Source: Perna viridis (lineage: Eukaryota). From it: a DNA stretch of 64,000 nucleotides. The translations under genes and the position numbers were made by a program. Where the stretch lies: assembly GCA_037379345.1 (NCBI GenBank), contig CM074522.1:5394001-5458000 (forward strand). Direction: 5' to 3'. The number at the start of each line of letters is the position of its first letter. The first letter of the stretch is position 1. Positions 1 through 12,029 of the stretch are shown here, in pieces. The notes below the pieces were generated by a model. The model was given only the letters and a program-made list of their open reading frames with translations. It was not told the DNA's origin and did not search any database.

Positions 1-779
1 CCTCCTACTTCGTTCATCATCTGTTGTACGTATCGTAAAGAAGAAATAAAAACACTTCCAATTCTAGAAAGAGGACTCACCATAATGGTCGACAATAGTT
101 CTGGGAATATTTACTAAGCCATTAATCTTCAGAAATACGTTTTAAAAATTAGTTAATGCCTTACAAAATTACAACTATCTCATTTAAAATTAATCTGAAT
201 ATGAAATTAGAGTTTCGATGTCAATGAATCTTTTTGTCACTCGCCTCCTTCATTATCTAGTTAAGATAGGAAGCTGATGTGTGTTCTTTCTAATTTTGTA
301 ACTTTTAACTGGAACTAGGGATTTACTTTATTAATGGATATACTATGGTATACTTTTTATAACACATGATACATCGTACCATTTGCACCAGAAACAAGTA
401 ATGATAGCACAAGGTTAAGCATGCTATAAGACCTTGCTAAATCCGTCATTTCCATCGGCAATGCTTATATCAAACCAGTACCATTGCGGTTGTTACCAAC
501 TTTCCGGTCTTTTCCTTGACATTGTCATTTGTTATATGCACTTTCCTTTTTTTTTTTTTTTTTTTTTTTGGCTCGATCGTTTGACTTTAACCTATTAGTA
601 ATTTCGGTATCTCTCTTTATTTGTATTAATTTTAAACAGATATCAAATGATGGTACATGTATAACATTACTTTCTTTATTTTTTCTCCTTAACCGACCGT
701 ATATCATACCGACCCAGTGTTACCACAACATGTACATTTATATTCTTATGATTGTATCCTTATCTTTAATGTCGAAATC

Positions 780-822
780 ATGATGAACATTCAAGTACTA
801 TTCCTATGTTTTGTATCTATGA
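780..822 (+). CDS. C-type lectin gene, exon 1 (signal peptide MMNIQVLFLCFVSM)
   Basis: ATG at 780, hydrophobic run, donor A|GTGAGT at 823 (phase 1). Joins in frame to 1283 to give MMNIQVLFLCFVSMISQAAFQNC, a typical signal peptide. Confidence 0.8.
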
Positions 823-1282
823 GTGAGTATGCTTGTTATTCATAGGCATTTATTTGTACATCAGTTGCTTAAAATGATGAAATGGTTACTAACATTTGTC
901 TAATATTGACTTGCTTTCCTAAGTGAATTAAAATTCACTTCATATCACGTCACAACTTAGTAATAATCATTTATTAGTGTAGGTTCTTATCTTCATTGAC
1001 CCTTTGGCATTACTTAGTCTAATTTCCCTGATTTCAGCTCCCGATGATTCTGCGAGATTTGTCTAAATGGCATCATATGCATTTCAAATGAAACAATATG
1101 CTTTAACTTCTTCAATCTATGCACTTTGTTTAATGCCAACTTTATAAATACTACTTAAATGTCGTGCAGACACCTGTTATTCCAGAAATTGTAAAATTGT
1201 CATGTTAATTTAAAAAAACAAATCGAAATCAAATAAAATATTAGTATAGTTTTCAGGTGTACAAGGCTTGCTTGATTTTCAG

Positions 1283-1564
1283 TTTCTCAGGCCGCTTTTC
1301 AGAATTGCCCGTCAAGACTTCTAAGATCAAAACATCTTGTCTCAAATAACGAACTCTGCTATCAATTTATCACCACAATGGCGAAGGACTGGACCTATGC
1401 AAATAACGACTGTACAACAAAAGGGGGTAGACTGGTCGTCGTCAGGGACAGCGACGACCACCAGTTTCTCATGAATACGCTGGGAGAACTTGGTTTCCAT
1501 GGTAATGGTTTGTGGATAGGTCTCAATGACAGAGACAAAGAGGGTTCATTCATTTGGACAACAG
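1283..1564 (+). CDS. C-type lectin gene, exon 2 (CTLD1 N-half)
   Basis: Acceptor ttttcAG at 1281-1282. Encodes NCPSRL...CYQF...W..A...C...GGRLV...LWIGLND...EGSFIWTT (WIGL motif). Donor G|GTACAG at 1565, phase 1. Confidence 0.93.
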
Positions 1565-2027
1565 GTACAGAAAAGTCATATTTCTTAATATTGTAGTATC
1601 GCATTGACATTATCTGATGCAGTTTCTTTATTCTTTTATGTTTATGAATTTCCTAAAAAAAACAATACAACACACTTCAGTGTAATGTTCTGTGTATTCT
1701 ATTGTTTGGCAAGACGAGATTTATTGAGATACACAATGATCCCTTAAAACTTTGACATATTTTTTCCCAGCAAGATGGTCCATGTAAATAGATATACCAT
1801 CAACAGTGGACAAAGTTATGTTTTTACTTTTAAAGCGATTGTTATTTCCAGCTTAAATGGTAAATTGACTTAAAGCAACGACCGGCTGAATCAAGTGAAA
1901 TTAGAAACAGGCCAAGCGAATTCGCAATGTAAAAACTATAAATTAAGAAGAGCTACAAAAATGAATTTTTATAAGACAGAAATCAAGGCAACCAAGATTC
2001 GAGGATAAAATCTTAAACATATTGCAG

Positions 2028-2198
2028 GAGAAGAAATATCATTTTCAAACTGGTACCCTGGTCAACCAGCACCTGTATTACCTGGGTTCAATGAAGACTG
2101 TGTTGCCATGATGTATTCAGATTCTGGACTATGGCACGATTACCCCTGCTCCAACGGACGCTTTGTCAATCGAAGTTATCCTTGGGTTTGTGAATACG
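2028..2198 (+). CDS. C-type lectin gene, exon 3 (CTLD1 C-half)
   Basis: Acceptor ttgcAG at 2026-2027. Encodes EEISFSNWYPGQPAPVLPGFNEDCVAMMYSDSGLWHDYPCSNGRFVNRSYPWVCEY. Donor G|GTTAGT, phase 1. Not in the ORF track. Confidence 0.93.
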
Positions 2199-2213
2199 GT
2201 TAGTATATATATT

Positions 2214-2708
2214 AAGTGAAAAATATCCAAACCGGTCTCCTTATGAATTTAAAGATTTGTGTCGGTTTAGACAGATGTTCGGTTTACCAAAGTAAAATAA
2301 TGTCTGGTTTAGACTGATGTTCGGTTTACCAAGGTAAAAAAGTGTCTGGTTTAGACAGATGTTCAGTGTACTCAGGTAAAACAGTGTTCGGTTTACTACG
2401 GTAACAAAAACATACTTCAAATAATATAGAGGGATGTTTGAATTGTGTTCAGATAACACAGGTGTTCTGGTTCCAAGGTAAAACAGTGTCTGGTTAAGAC
2501 AGTTGTTCTGTTTAGCAAGATAAAGCAGTGTCTGGTTAAGACATGTTCCGGTTACCAAAGTAGAACAGTGTCCAGTTAAGACAGGTGTTATGTTTACAAA
2601 GGTTAAAATGTTTGGTTTAGACAGGTGTTCGGGTAACCAAGTTAAAATGAAGTCTGGTTTAGACAGGCGTTATGGTTATTAAGTGTTCGGTTCGGATAGG
2701 TTTCACTG
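2214..2708 (-). mobile_element. MITE (CAGTGAAA-type termini, Tc1/mariner-pogo-like) with internal 42-bp tandem array
   Basis: Ends in GGTTTCACTG (2699-2708) with a degenerate opposite end at ~2214. About 10 copies of gtctggtttagacaggtgttcggtttaccaaggtaaaacagt. Same family as 44937-45451. Confidence 0.7.
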
Positions 2709-4055
2709 GTATTTTTCTTCTATTTTAAAATAAGTTGAAGATTTGAAAATGGAATAAACATGAGATACATGTCGATAAAACATTCCAAAAAAATAATTAA
2801 TTAAAACCATTACTCTGACAATAATATAGCTCTTACTTAATATAAACTAGATGCTAAATCTGAATTGATTATAATTACATTCTTTAATTTCGCAAGTTTA
2901 ATGTGTGCAAGTGTTACTTCAACATAATGGTACTTTAAGATTTTAGATTTTCATTTCTTTTTTTTTCGGGGTGGGGGAGGGTTAGTGTCTTTGTACTTTT
3001 TTAATAAAAGAAGGTATAAACGTGTTAAATGGACAGAATGTACATCGTTGATACACATATTTCTTATTTTCAAGGCCAAGTGAGGAAAATACCAGAACAA
3101 CATGTTACGAAAGACCCTATTTCGGTCATCGGGTAAAATTCCATTACCTTCAGGAATGAAATATCTGGTGATTATTACTGAAAGTGGAAACAAAACAACT
3201 TATAATCTAAATTCATATTACATATAAAAATAGCTGCACTAAGAAATAAAAACGATGGAAACTGACTTAAAAAAAACTTCGTGTTCTTTCTTGTTTCACA
3301 AACGATGCCGATAAGTACTGAAACAAAAATGTTATTTTAAATTGATGATTGTTTTTCTGTCTATTAATATCGTTAGATGGTATATATATTGTCTACATAT
3401 AATCCCGTTCAATTAATATTCAATAAAATGTGTTTTGAACTGCCTATCTTACAAAGTACGGATTAGTGAAAGATTGACAAAGTACTTAACACGACTTGTA
3501 AGCAATTGCAATAAAGTTCTATCTATAAAACTTCCATAATTGAATCCCGCCCTAAAGTGCACGAAATTCTACTAGCAAGATTGCATGTATGAATTTCACC
3601 TCAAATGACCCAATGGATAGGCCTTATCAGTCATTGATTCGGTCTTTGTCAACTTCTTATCTACAGTCGAACGACAATGCTACCATTGTTATTTATTTAT
3701 TTTCTGGCCGTATGTGAGTATGCAATTTTTAACTTTGTTACATTTGATATTTATTATTTTCAAATTAAAAATTATCCTAAACTGAATATGGTTACTGATA
3801 ATTCTCTTTTTTTATTTTCTAATTTCATTGGTTTGGTATTATTTCATTTTTTATTATGATTATTATTATCTTTTCCTTGTGCATTTTCAGGACAATTCCT
3901 CCCTGGGTATTTGAAAGTTGATAAAAATAATATTTGCAAAACAATATTTAAATGGCAGAAGTATAAGACAAATGTTATTTAAAAAATTAGACCAAGTTTT
4001 CACAAATTGCCTTGCTTACGAAAACAGCTAAAACATTTGTAAACCTATTATAAAA

Positions 4056-4361
4056 GAGTAATCAAGGGAACCAAGGTTATAGCGGTAATCAAAAGAATGT
4101 AATCCAGGGACAAAGCCCAGACATGGAAAACAGACATACACAACAAAGAACATAAAGTAACTAAAATCATACACCCCAAAACCACAAAAGCAAACGAGCG
4201 ACTCGGACTCCACTAAAAACTGGGAGCATGGACCAGGTGCACCGGTAGGGTTAACGTCCTCTGCTTTTCCAGAAACAACTGCCGAATTGCTCATGAAAAG
4301 TCCGGGGTAGACGAAAGAGAAAAGGAAAACTATAACACGTTAAACAAATCAGTTTTCATGG
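4056..4361 (-). mobile_element. Penelope-like (Naiad-type) retroelement 3' fragment
   Basis: Reverse complement of the 3' end of the 5250-5915 and 54340-54840 copies (MKTDLF end, structured motif, CTTGGTTCCCTTGATTACTC terminus). Confidence 0.85.
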
Positions 4362-4383
4362 AAAAAGGTCTTTTCTTTTGAAG

Positions 4384-4662
4384 CCGCCGATGACGTTAAA
4401 AATTGTCCAAGTAACCTTATAAGGGGAAATAACCTCGTAGCTTATAATGGCCGCTGTTATGAATTCATCACAACGCATAGAGACAACTGGGAGCATGCCA
4501 ACCACGATTGTGTTTCTAAGGGAGGTAACCTAGTTGCCATCAGAAGTAATGAAGAAAACCTGTTTCTAATGAATACAATGAGGTCACTAAACTTTCATGG
4601 AGGATCGGCATGGATTGGACTTAACGACAAAGCTCAAGAAGGAACATTTGTTTGGACAACAG
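4384..4662 (+). CDS. C-type lectin gene, exon 4 (CTLD2 N-half)
   Basis: Acceptor ttttcttttgaAG. Encodes ADDVKNCPSNL...GRCYEF...WEHANHDC..KGGNLV...AWIGLNDKAQEGTFVWTT. Donor G|GTGATT. Paralogous to exon 2. Confidence 0.93.
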
Positions 4663-4908
4663 GTGATTTTAATAATAAAAAAGTCATATTCCAAAGCATA
4701 AACAAATGTATGAAAGTTCTCAAAAACTTGTATATGAGAAGCTATCACAATATTCAAACTATTCATCAATCAGACGGTCAAATATGCAGACTAGGTGAAG
4801 TAAGGATAATGAATTATATGGGATATTGATTACAAACAAAATACGAATTATAAAACGACAATATGCGCTGATTGCAGATGCAAACTTACTTTGTTTTATA
4901 TCTTGCAG

Positions 4909-5082
4909 GAGATTATTTATCTTTTCAAAACTGGGCACCGGGGCAGCCATCATTACTACTGGGAGCTAATGAAGACTGTGTAGTGATGAAATACTCAGAG
5001 TCTGGTCACTGGCACGACTATCCATGTTCAACATCGATATTTAGCATAATTCCACATAATTATCCGTGGATCTGTGAATACA
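4909..5082 (+). CDS. C-type lectin gene, exon 5 (CTLD2 C-half)
   Basis: Acceptor tcttgcAG. Encodes DYLSFQNWAPGQPSLLLGANEDCVVMKYSESGHWHDYPCSTSIFSIIPHNYPWICEY. Donor A|GTAAGT. Paralogous to exon 3. Confidence 0.93.
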
Positions 5083-5249
5083 GTAAGTTCTCAGTTTTGA
5101 TGATTAAAGCATGATACTCAATCTCTACGAAGCTGGAACTCGTGTGAATCATTTGAAACGATACATATGACTTGCAAATGAATCAGACTTTACACCTGTA
5201 GAATACATGTGTTTATCGTTCATGACGATTTTTAAATAATTTTCTTAGT

Positions 5250-5915
5250 TGAAACAAGGATGCTACAGACACTGAAAAATCACCCTCATATCTTGATCTA
5301 CACTTAGAGATCGATGGTAAAGGAAAACTATTGACCAAACTTTACGACAAAAGTGATGATTTCTCATTCAGAATTGTCAACTTTCTTTTCATCTGTGAAA
5401 GTATCCCTTCAGCACCTGCGTATGGAGTTTTCATATCACAACTCACAAGTTATGCCAGAGCTTGTCGTAACTACGCAGACGTTTTGCATCGCGCTAGACT
5501 TCTTACAATTAGGCTTCTGGAACAGGGTTATGTTGCTATAAGATTAAAGTCATCACTATGGTCGTCATCATGAACTCGTTGATCGTTACGGTTTATCCAT
5601 CTACACCATGAAAACTGATTTGTTCAGCGTGACATAGTTTTTTCTTTCCTCTTTCGTCTTCCCCAGACTTGACTTTTTATGAGCATCTCGGTGAATGTTT
5701 TTAGAAAATCAGAGGACGCATACCCTACCGGTGCACCTGTCCATGCTCTCCACTTTAAGTGGAGTCCGAGTTTCTCATTTACTTCTGCTACTTTGTGTGT
5801 ATTATTTTAGTTGTTTTGTTTTCTTTGTTGTGTTTGTCTGTTTTCCGTGTCTGATCTTTATCCCTGGATTACATTCTTTTGATTTCCGCTAGAATCTTGG
5901 TTCCCTTGATTACTC
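5250..5915 (+). mobile_element. Penelope-like (Naiad-type) retroelement, 5'-truncated, RT C-terminus plus 3' region; pseudogenised
   Basis: Translates KDATDTEKSPSYLDLHLEIDGKGKLLTKLYDK.DDFSFRIVNF...IPSAPAYGVFISQL..YARAC, the PLE RT motif 7 and thumb. The ORF ends after the thumb with no C-terminal GIY-YIG, as in N-terminal-EN Naiads. A small deletion near 5558 frameshifts it. Confidence 0.85.
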
Positions 5916-6832
5916 ATACATTTTACATGCATGTAGTCATTTCTATTTTGTAACGATTGTAACGTTTACGCATTCTAAAATCTACTATAAATCAAAAATT
6001 TTAGAAATGATATAAAGATAAAAAAAAACCAGAAACGTCAACAAATGCTTACTTCAGTGGTCAGAACTCCATATTACATGTTTGTCATTCGATTTTCTTG
6101 AATTTTATTATGTAGGTTTTATTTGCAATTTAGAATTGCGCGATTTAAAAAAAGTTATAAATTAGATTCAGTTCTGATGAAAGTTCTTTAATTTAAATTA
6201 TAGCGATAAAATGCCAATCGCATGTTTTGCAGTAATAAATAAACTGCAATATTTTCTAAATTTACAGTATGTAAGATTTACAATGGTATTTATGTTTGTG
6301 TAGTTTAGTTTTTAGATCTATTTAATAAGTTCATGATTTATAAATGCATTGTTGTACGTATTTTCTTGCATGATATAATTGCTTAATAATAACAATATAG
6401 ATATTACACCACCGGAGAAGCTGTGAAACGATTATGATGATGATGAAACAAAAGAAAGTTTAATAATACCTACCCTTACTCGGTCATTTTTCATTGTTTT
6501 TGTTTAAGTTTTTTTTTTTTTTTTTGGGGGGGGGATATGTTGAATATCAAATATGGAGTATATGAATATCATATCTTCAAAGTAAAAAATAAATCCAGAA
6601 TTTCGCACTGTTATATCAAAATATAAAGTAGTATCGAAGGCAAACTTTGATTTCAAAACGCAAAAAAAATCTGCTATATGTACGAAAAACATATTGTATG
6701 TGCAACAAGTGTTGTTTATAGATAAAGATTCAATAAACACTTGTATTTTAAACTTTTAATGTTAAATTGTGCAGAAGTATTGAAATATTACGGTATATAA
6801 AATAATCATCTTTTTACCTTATAAATATATAG

Positions 6833-6945
6833 AACAAGAAAAGTTAGCTACGACTACAACTACAGAAGCACCAACAACCACAACAGAGATGCCAGAAAGA
6901 GAAGTTCCTCCGACGACAGTTGAAAATATTGCAATCATAGGCTAG
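6833..6945 (+). CDS. C-type lectin gene, terminal exon 6 (Thr/Pro/Glu-rich mucin-like tail)
   Basis: AG at 6831-6832. The phase-1 join gives KQEKLATTTTTEAPTTTTEMPEREVPPTTVENIAIIG then stop TAG at 6943-6945. Summed exons are 1062 nt = 353 aa + stop. Confidence 0.8.
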
Positions 6946-6981
6946 TCCTTGTAGTTGAAATTACGGTTGTGTTCATATTTC

Positions 6982-6987
6982 AATAAA
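6982..6987 (+). terminator. Putative polyadenylation signal (AATAAA) of the lectin gene
   Basis: AATAAA 37 nt downstream of the stop codon. Confidence 0.55.
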
Positions 6988-7203
6988 ACAGAAAAAACTT
7001 GAGTTATTTCCCTTTACAAGTTAATAGAAAGACAATATGATTAAAGTCTTTGCCTTTGAGGTACGGGCTATAGTTACTCACATAACATTTTTTATGCTGA
7101 TAGCGCACTACTATTTTGTTAAATCACTGATGTCTGGACCAATATGAATATGTGTATGTGAGGCTTCCTATAAAACACGCGTGAAAAGTTTAAACAATCA
7201 ATT

Positions 7204-7370
7204 CTAGTTTTTAGTGAAGTCCGAGTTGCTCATTTGCTTTTGTTACATTGTATGTATGATTTTAGTTACTTTGTGTTCTTTGTTGTGTATGTCTGTTTTC
7301 CATGTCTGGTCCTTGCCTCTTGATTACATTATTTTAATTACCGCTATAACCTTGGTTCTCTTGATTACTC
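7204..7370 (+). mobile_element. Naiad-type PLE short 3' fragment
   Basis: CCGAGTTGCTCATTTG...CTTGGTTCTCTTGATTACTC, matching the other copies. Confidence 0.8.
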
Positions 7371-8544
7371 CTCCTACCCCTAACCTCACAACAGAATGAT
7401 TTTCAGCCATTTATGATTCAGAGAGTCATATCTAACGGACGTCGCTTACGCTTCGTTTCTATTATTGGTAAAATGATGACAAAACGTAAAAAGAGAATTG
7501 ACGATATACTTGATATCGTCATAGTAAAAAGATAAGATAGGAATTCTGAAAATGCAAACTAGTGGAAATTGTTGAACAAGGCAATATCAGAAACACAGTA
7601 CTTTAAAAAAGAATCTCAAAAAATACAATAAAAAGCTACAGAAAAATAAACACTAAACGGTTCTTGTGTTCTAGTGTGTTTTAAAAGGATTTGTTTACTA
7701 AGAAAGTACTAAGTTCTACTACATTTTATATATAAGAACATGTCATTAATCGTAATTTAACTAACGTATGCCAAATAGAAGTCTTTTGTAAAGACGTTCA
7801 CTCAAAAATACACGAACATCTTATACAAGTTTATGTTCTTTTATAAACTTTTCATGTGATAGAAACATGTTTTATAACTTTCTCCTTCATCAATACTACA
7901 CTATAATGCATTGGAAAGCATGTTTTTTTCCGGACTTTGTACGTACTTATGATTTACTTATTACGATCCTTTTAATAGTAGGCAAATCGTAGTTACTGCA
8001 GTTTATGTTTATATTGATAGTATTTCGATCTTTAAATACCTCCGTCGAGTTAATAATCGACTGTAACATAGAATGAAAATCTAACACATTTATTGTGACT
8101 TTTCCCCCTTTTTTTAAAAAGAGTGTTCTTTATTAAAGTTGAACCCGAATTTCCGCTAGTCTGGGCGATTGTATAAATATTCACTCTTTTCTATCATCAT
8201 TTCTGCGAACAGTTTCCCCAATTATGTATTTTAAGAGGTTCCTTCATATGTTTTAAAAAAATCAAACCTATCATCCAGCTTACATTAGTTATAAGCTATT
8301 TGATATGGTTGGAAAAATAAAAGCAACTAACATACGCATTTTCAATCTAGCATACAAGATTAAAAAAATATGGTGAGTATCCCCATTCGATACGATATAC
8401 CATTACTGTCACTGTCTAAATGTGTAGCATATCAAATTCTAATTATATTTATATGGGAAAAGAACAAGCACCTTGGATGTTTTAATGTATTTATTTCCTG
8501 AATCATTTGTGCGTCTTAGTCGTAAAATCATATAATTAAACTGA

Positions 8545-8942
8545 TTAAGTAACTGTCTTTGTAAGAATCATGCAAAATCTGAAAAATGTGATACACCCCA
8601 AAAAAGGCTACACATTTTTATTTTTGTAATTAAGTTTTATGGGTCTATACTATGAAATTTGTAATTATGTATTCAAATCTGTCTGCTCTTAGGTGATAAT
8701 CAACATTGAAAATCCAATAGATTCTTTTGTATTGGAGTGTCATTTACAGAGTTATGTCCCTTACTTTTGAATTCTCTAGTGCATTCTATACAATTTTTAT
8801 CTCTGAGCACGGGTTATATGAAAAACCAAATGTTAATTTGTGTTTACTCAAGCATTTTAAACAAGATATCAAAAATAAAAATATGTAGGCTTTCCAACCA
8901 TGTATCACATTTTGCATGATTCTTAGCTGGAGTGCTACTTAA
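8545..8942. mobile_element. ~400-bp TTAA-bounded MITE, copy 1
   Basis: TTAA at both ends and subterminal IR TAAGAATCATGCAAAAT/ATTTTGCATGATTCTTA. Near-full-length similarity to 11282-11681 and 50286-50691. Confidence 0.85.
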
Positions 8943-9039
8943 TTAGTAATCTTACCTGAACTATGTTACGTGCAATTAATAATAGAGTATGATTTTAATT
9001 ATATTGGAAGGCAATTCAGTATTAAGATGATTAAAATAT

Positions 9040-9135
9040 TTAGCTCCTCTGACTGAAGGGCCACGTTAGCTTTTGCTATTACATGGCGCCCGTTGTCATC
9101 GTCGTCATCGTCATCCATCGTCCATTGTCGTTACA
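9040..9135 (+). mobile_element. Helentron/HINE-like non-autonomous element 5' fragment
   Basis: TTAGCTC...hairpin...AGCTTTT followed by a (CGT/CGTC)-type microsatellite, the usual layout of mollusc HINE ends. Confidence 0.55.
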
Positions 9136-10849
9136 TCAATTTTTATAACCTTCTTATAAGTCTTCTTATCCTCTTAAGTCTGATGGTATTTATCTTACCT
9201 ACATTGTTCAAGTAAATCTTTGGACCTGTTTAAGAATAATTCTCCATTTTGTGCAATTCATACCATTTTCGTAGTTTTCTGTTATTGTCAACGTATTGAT
9301 TTTCATGGATTCTGTTATGTGAACCTATTCGCGGGTATCAATTTTCGCGGTTTCAAAAAATGATAAGCATTGAATAGTATTAAAAATTTCTTGTATTGCG
9401 CTAATATAGCAAAAAATATACCTCGAAAAACAGTACAATTACAGTATTAACTTGAAAATAAAAACGTTCAATTAAAGCGGTTAATTTTCCATACTAAAGA
9501 CCATGTGATCTTTCATCGGTAAGAATTCTAGAAAATCGAATGACAAACTTGTAATATGGAGTTCTGACCACTGAAGTAAACATTTGTTGACGTTTCTGCT
9601 TTTTTTTTGTCTTGATATCATTTCTAAAAATCAACTACTCATGACTTAAGTACCAATCAGAAACAAACTTAGACTAAATATTCCATAGGTTATCTTGCCA
9701 AGAACTGATGTAGGGATTTTATTATCCGTCGACAAACATGATTGATGTTACTAAAAATAGACTGAAGGGGTGGAATAACAACTTTTTTCTTCAAATATCT
9801 CTAAAAGTATAAGTTTAAGACAAAAACTGACACAATAAAAGTGTTCAGCAAGATGAAATCTATCCATAAGGATATTTTCCTGAAATTCAGTAGAACTCTG
9901 TAGGAGTAACTGCCCTTTTGGAGTTTTTGTTTGTTTGTTTGTTTGTTTTCGTGAAATATCTGAAAATATCTGACCCATGTTGGAGTACTTGTCCTTTTTG
10001 ACATTTCTTTTTGCTCTTTTGATGTTTTAATTTTAAAGATCTACTTCTCTGAAACGGAAAGCGTCGATGTTTGGAATTATTTCAGGAATGTTGACCTTAA
10101 TACTCTTTAAAAGATTCAATTTTGATTTGCTCTAATGATTCAGTTGATGGCAGGTATTCTATGAGTATGAAGGCATGTTAAATTGATGGACGGTTTGTTC
10201 CAAAATGATACCACTAAGTGGTTTCAATTCTACTGTCGAAATCAATATATTTACCACTGTGATACTTGGATATAACCGCCGGAATGTAGGCCTTTAAAAG
10301 TCGCAGTCGGTCTGTATATTGTTATTAGAGAGCTGCTATTATGCGTTACTGCTGTCCACACACACGTTGAATATCTTTGATCATTTATATGGTTGCATAT
10401 GTACATTTCAAGCGGGGAGTTCAAAACATTTCCTTGATGATCAATAAAAGACAAAAAAAATTATTATTCTGGGTTCAAAATTGTCTTTTTAAAAATTACA
10501 ACGAACTTGACAAGGCTAGGCACCATACACTTCCATTAATAATAACCTTGAAATGACAAGGCGGAAATAAATAATTGCAAACGTTGACATATGATTCTCA
10601 AACAACAAGACTGCATGAACCAACTTATCTCACAAATACAAATACAAATCAGTATAATAATCAATGATACTATGTATCTTTCACAGGCGACAACATAATT
10701 GATACAAAAATGTATTAGTTTGACATTGTAGTTTTTTTATCATGTGTTCACATTAAGATATTTTAACGTCAATTAACTTAATCATGTAAATCTCAGATAT
10801 TCATCCTGAAAAAGTGTAATTACTGCAATATACTCTTCAATAAGAGAGA

Positions 10850-11203
10850 AAATTCAAGGGCACCCAGATTTTAGCGGAAATCCCAATAATGTAATCCAGG
10901 GACAAAGACCAAACATGGAAAACAGACATGACAAAGAACATAAAATAACCAAATTAATACATACAAAGTCAGAAAAATAAATGAACAACTCTGACTCTAC
11001 TAAAAAATTGGAGCATTGACCAGGTGCACCGGTAGGGTAAGCGTCCTCTACTTTTCTAGAAACACACACGGGGTTGCTCATAAAAAAGTCAAGTCCAGGG
11101 TAGACGAGAAAGGAAAGGAAAACTATGACACATTGAACAAATCGGTTTTCATGACGACCATAAAACTTTTGTAGTAATGACTTCAATCTTGTAGCAGCAT
11201 AAC
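10850..11203 (-). mobile_element. Naiad-type PLE 3' fragment
   Basis: Encodes YAATRLKSLLQKFYGRH plus the conserved 3' region, with an internal deletion. Confidence 0.85.
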
Positions 11204-11281
11204 TAATGATGTAAATTAGACACAACTGTATCATAGTTTGTTGTTAATGGTAAAAGGTTCTTGTGTAAAAAAAAATACCTT

Positions 11282-11681
11282 TTAAGTAGATGTTTTTGTA
11301 AGAATCATGCAAAATCTGAAAAATGTGATACACCCAAAAAAAGACTACATATTTTCTTTTTGTAATTCGGTTGTTTTATGGGTCTATATCATGAAATATG
11401 TAACTGTTCATTCCAATCTGCCTGCTCATAGGAAATAATCAACATTGAAAATGTTATAGATTCTATTGCATTTGAGTGACATTTACAGAGTTATCTCCCT
11501 TAATTTTGAAATCTACAGTGCATTCTATGTAAGAACTTCCTAAGAACACAGGTTATCTGAAAAATTGAATGTTTATTTCTGTTTACTATGACAATTCAAA
11601 CAAAATATCAAAAATAAAAATATGTAGGCTTTTAACCCATGAATCACATTTTGCATGATTCTTAGCTGGAATGCTACTTAA
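11282..11681. mobile_element. ~400-bp TTAA-bounded MITE, copy 2
   Basis: Same termini and body as 8545-8942. Confidence 0.85.
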
Positions 11682-12029
11682 ATATTTTAATTTGATGTCA
11701 CAAGATTTGATTGACTGGTTCTCCTTGGGAAACCAAGTTATTTTCCTGTTACTATAACGACTTGATTGGTCAACACTCCGCGATTCAAATAATCCCAAAC
11801 AAAATAACGTTTTGATTTTCGAATCAGTAACTATTATTTGGACATTAAATAATAAAATAGTTATCTGAATTTTCAATAGGTTATTTCTTATAATGTGTTT
11901 AAAAATTAGAAATGTTCTATAATCAAATTATTTTTCATGAAAATGCCAACCTAACAAAATGAGATTTAATATAATAATCCTGAATAGGCAAAACGAGAGG
12001 AAATTGCTACGATCAATGGAATACTTTTG

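Noticed and set aside
2241-2558. ORFs with CLNQTLFYLGKPN repeats (also 45039-45242)
   Set aside because: Translations of the 42-bp MITE-internal array.
5250-5915. Selenoprotein-type Naiad (in-frame UGA plus SECIS)
   Set aside because: No in-frame TGA in the RT fragments present, and the ATGA-starting stem is fully Watson-Crick paired rather than a SECIS GA quartet. The upstream part of the element is absent, so it cannot be fully excluded.
6401-6426. Possible alternative terminal lectin exon (NITPPEKL*)
   Set aside because: It is in frame after an AG but has no polypyrimidine tract and is too short to distinguish from chance.
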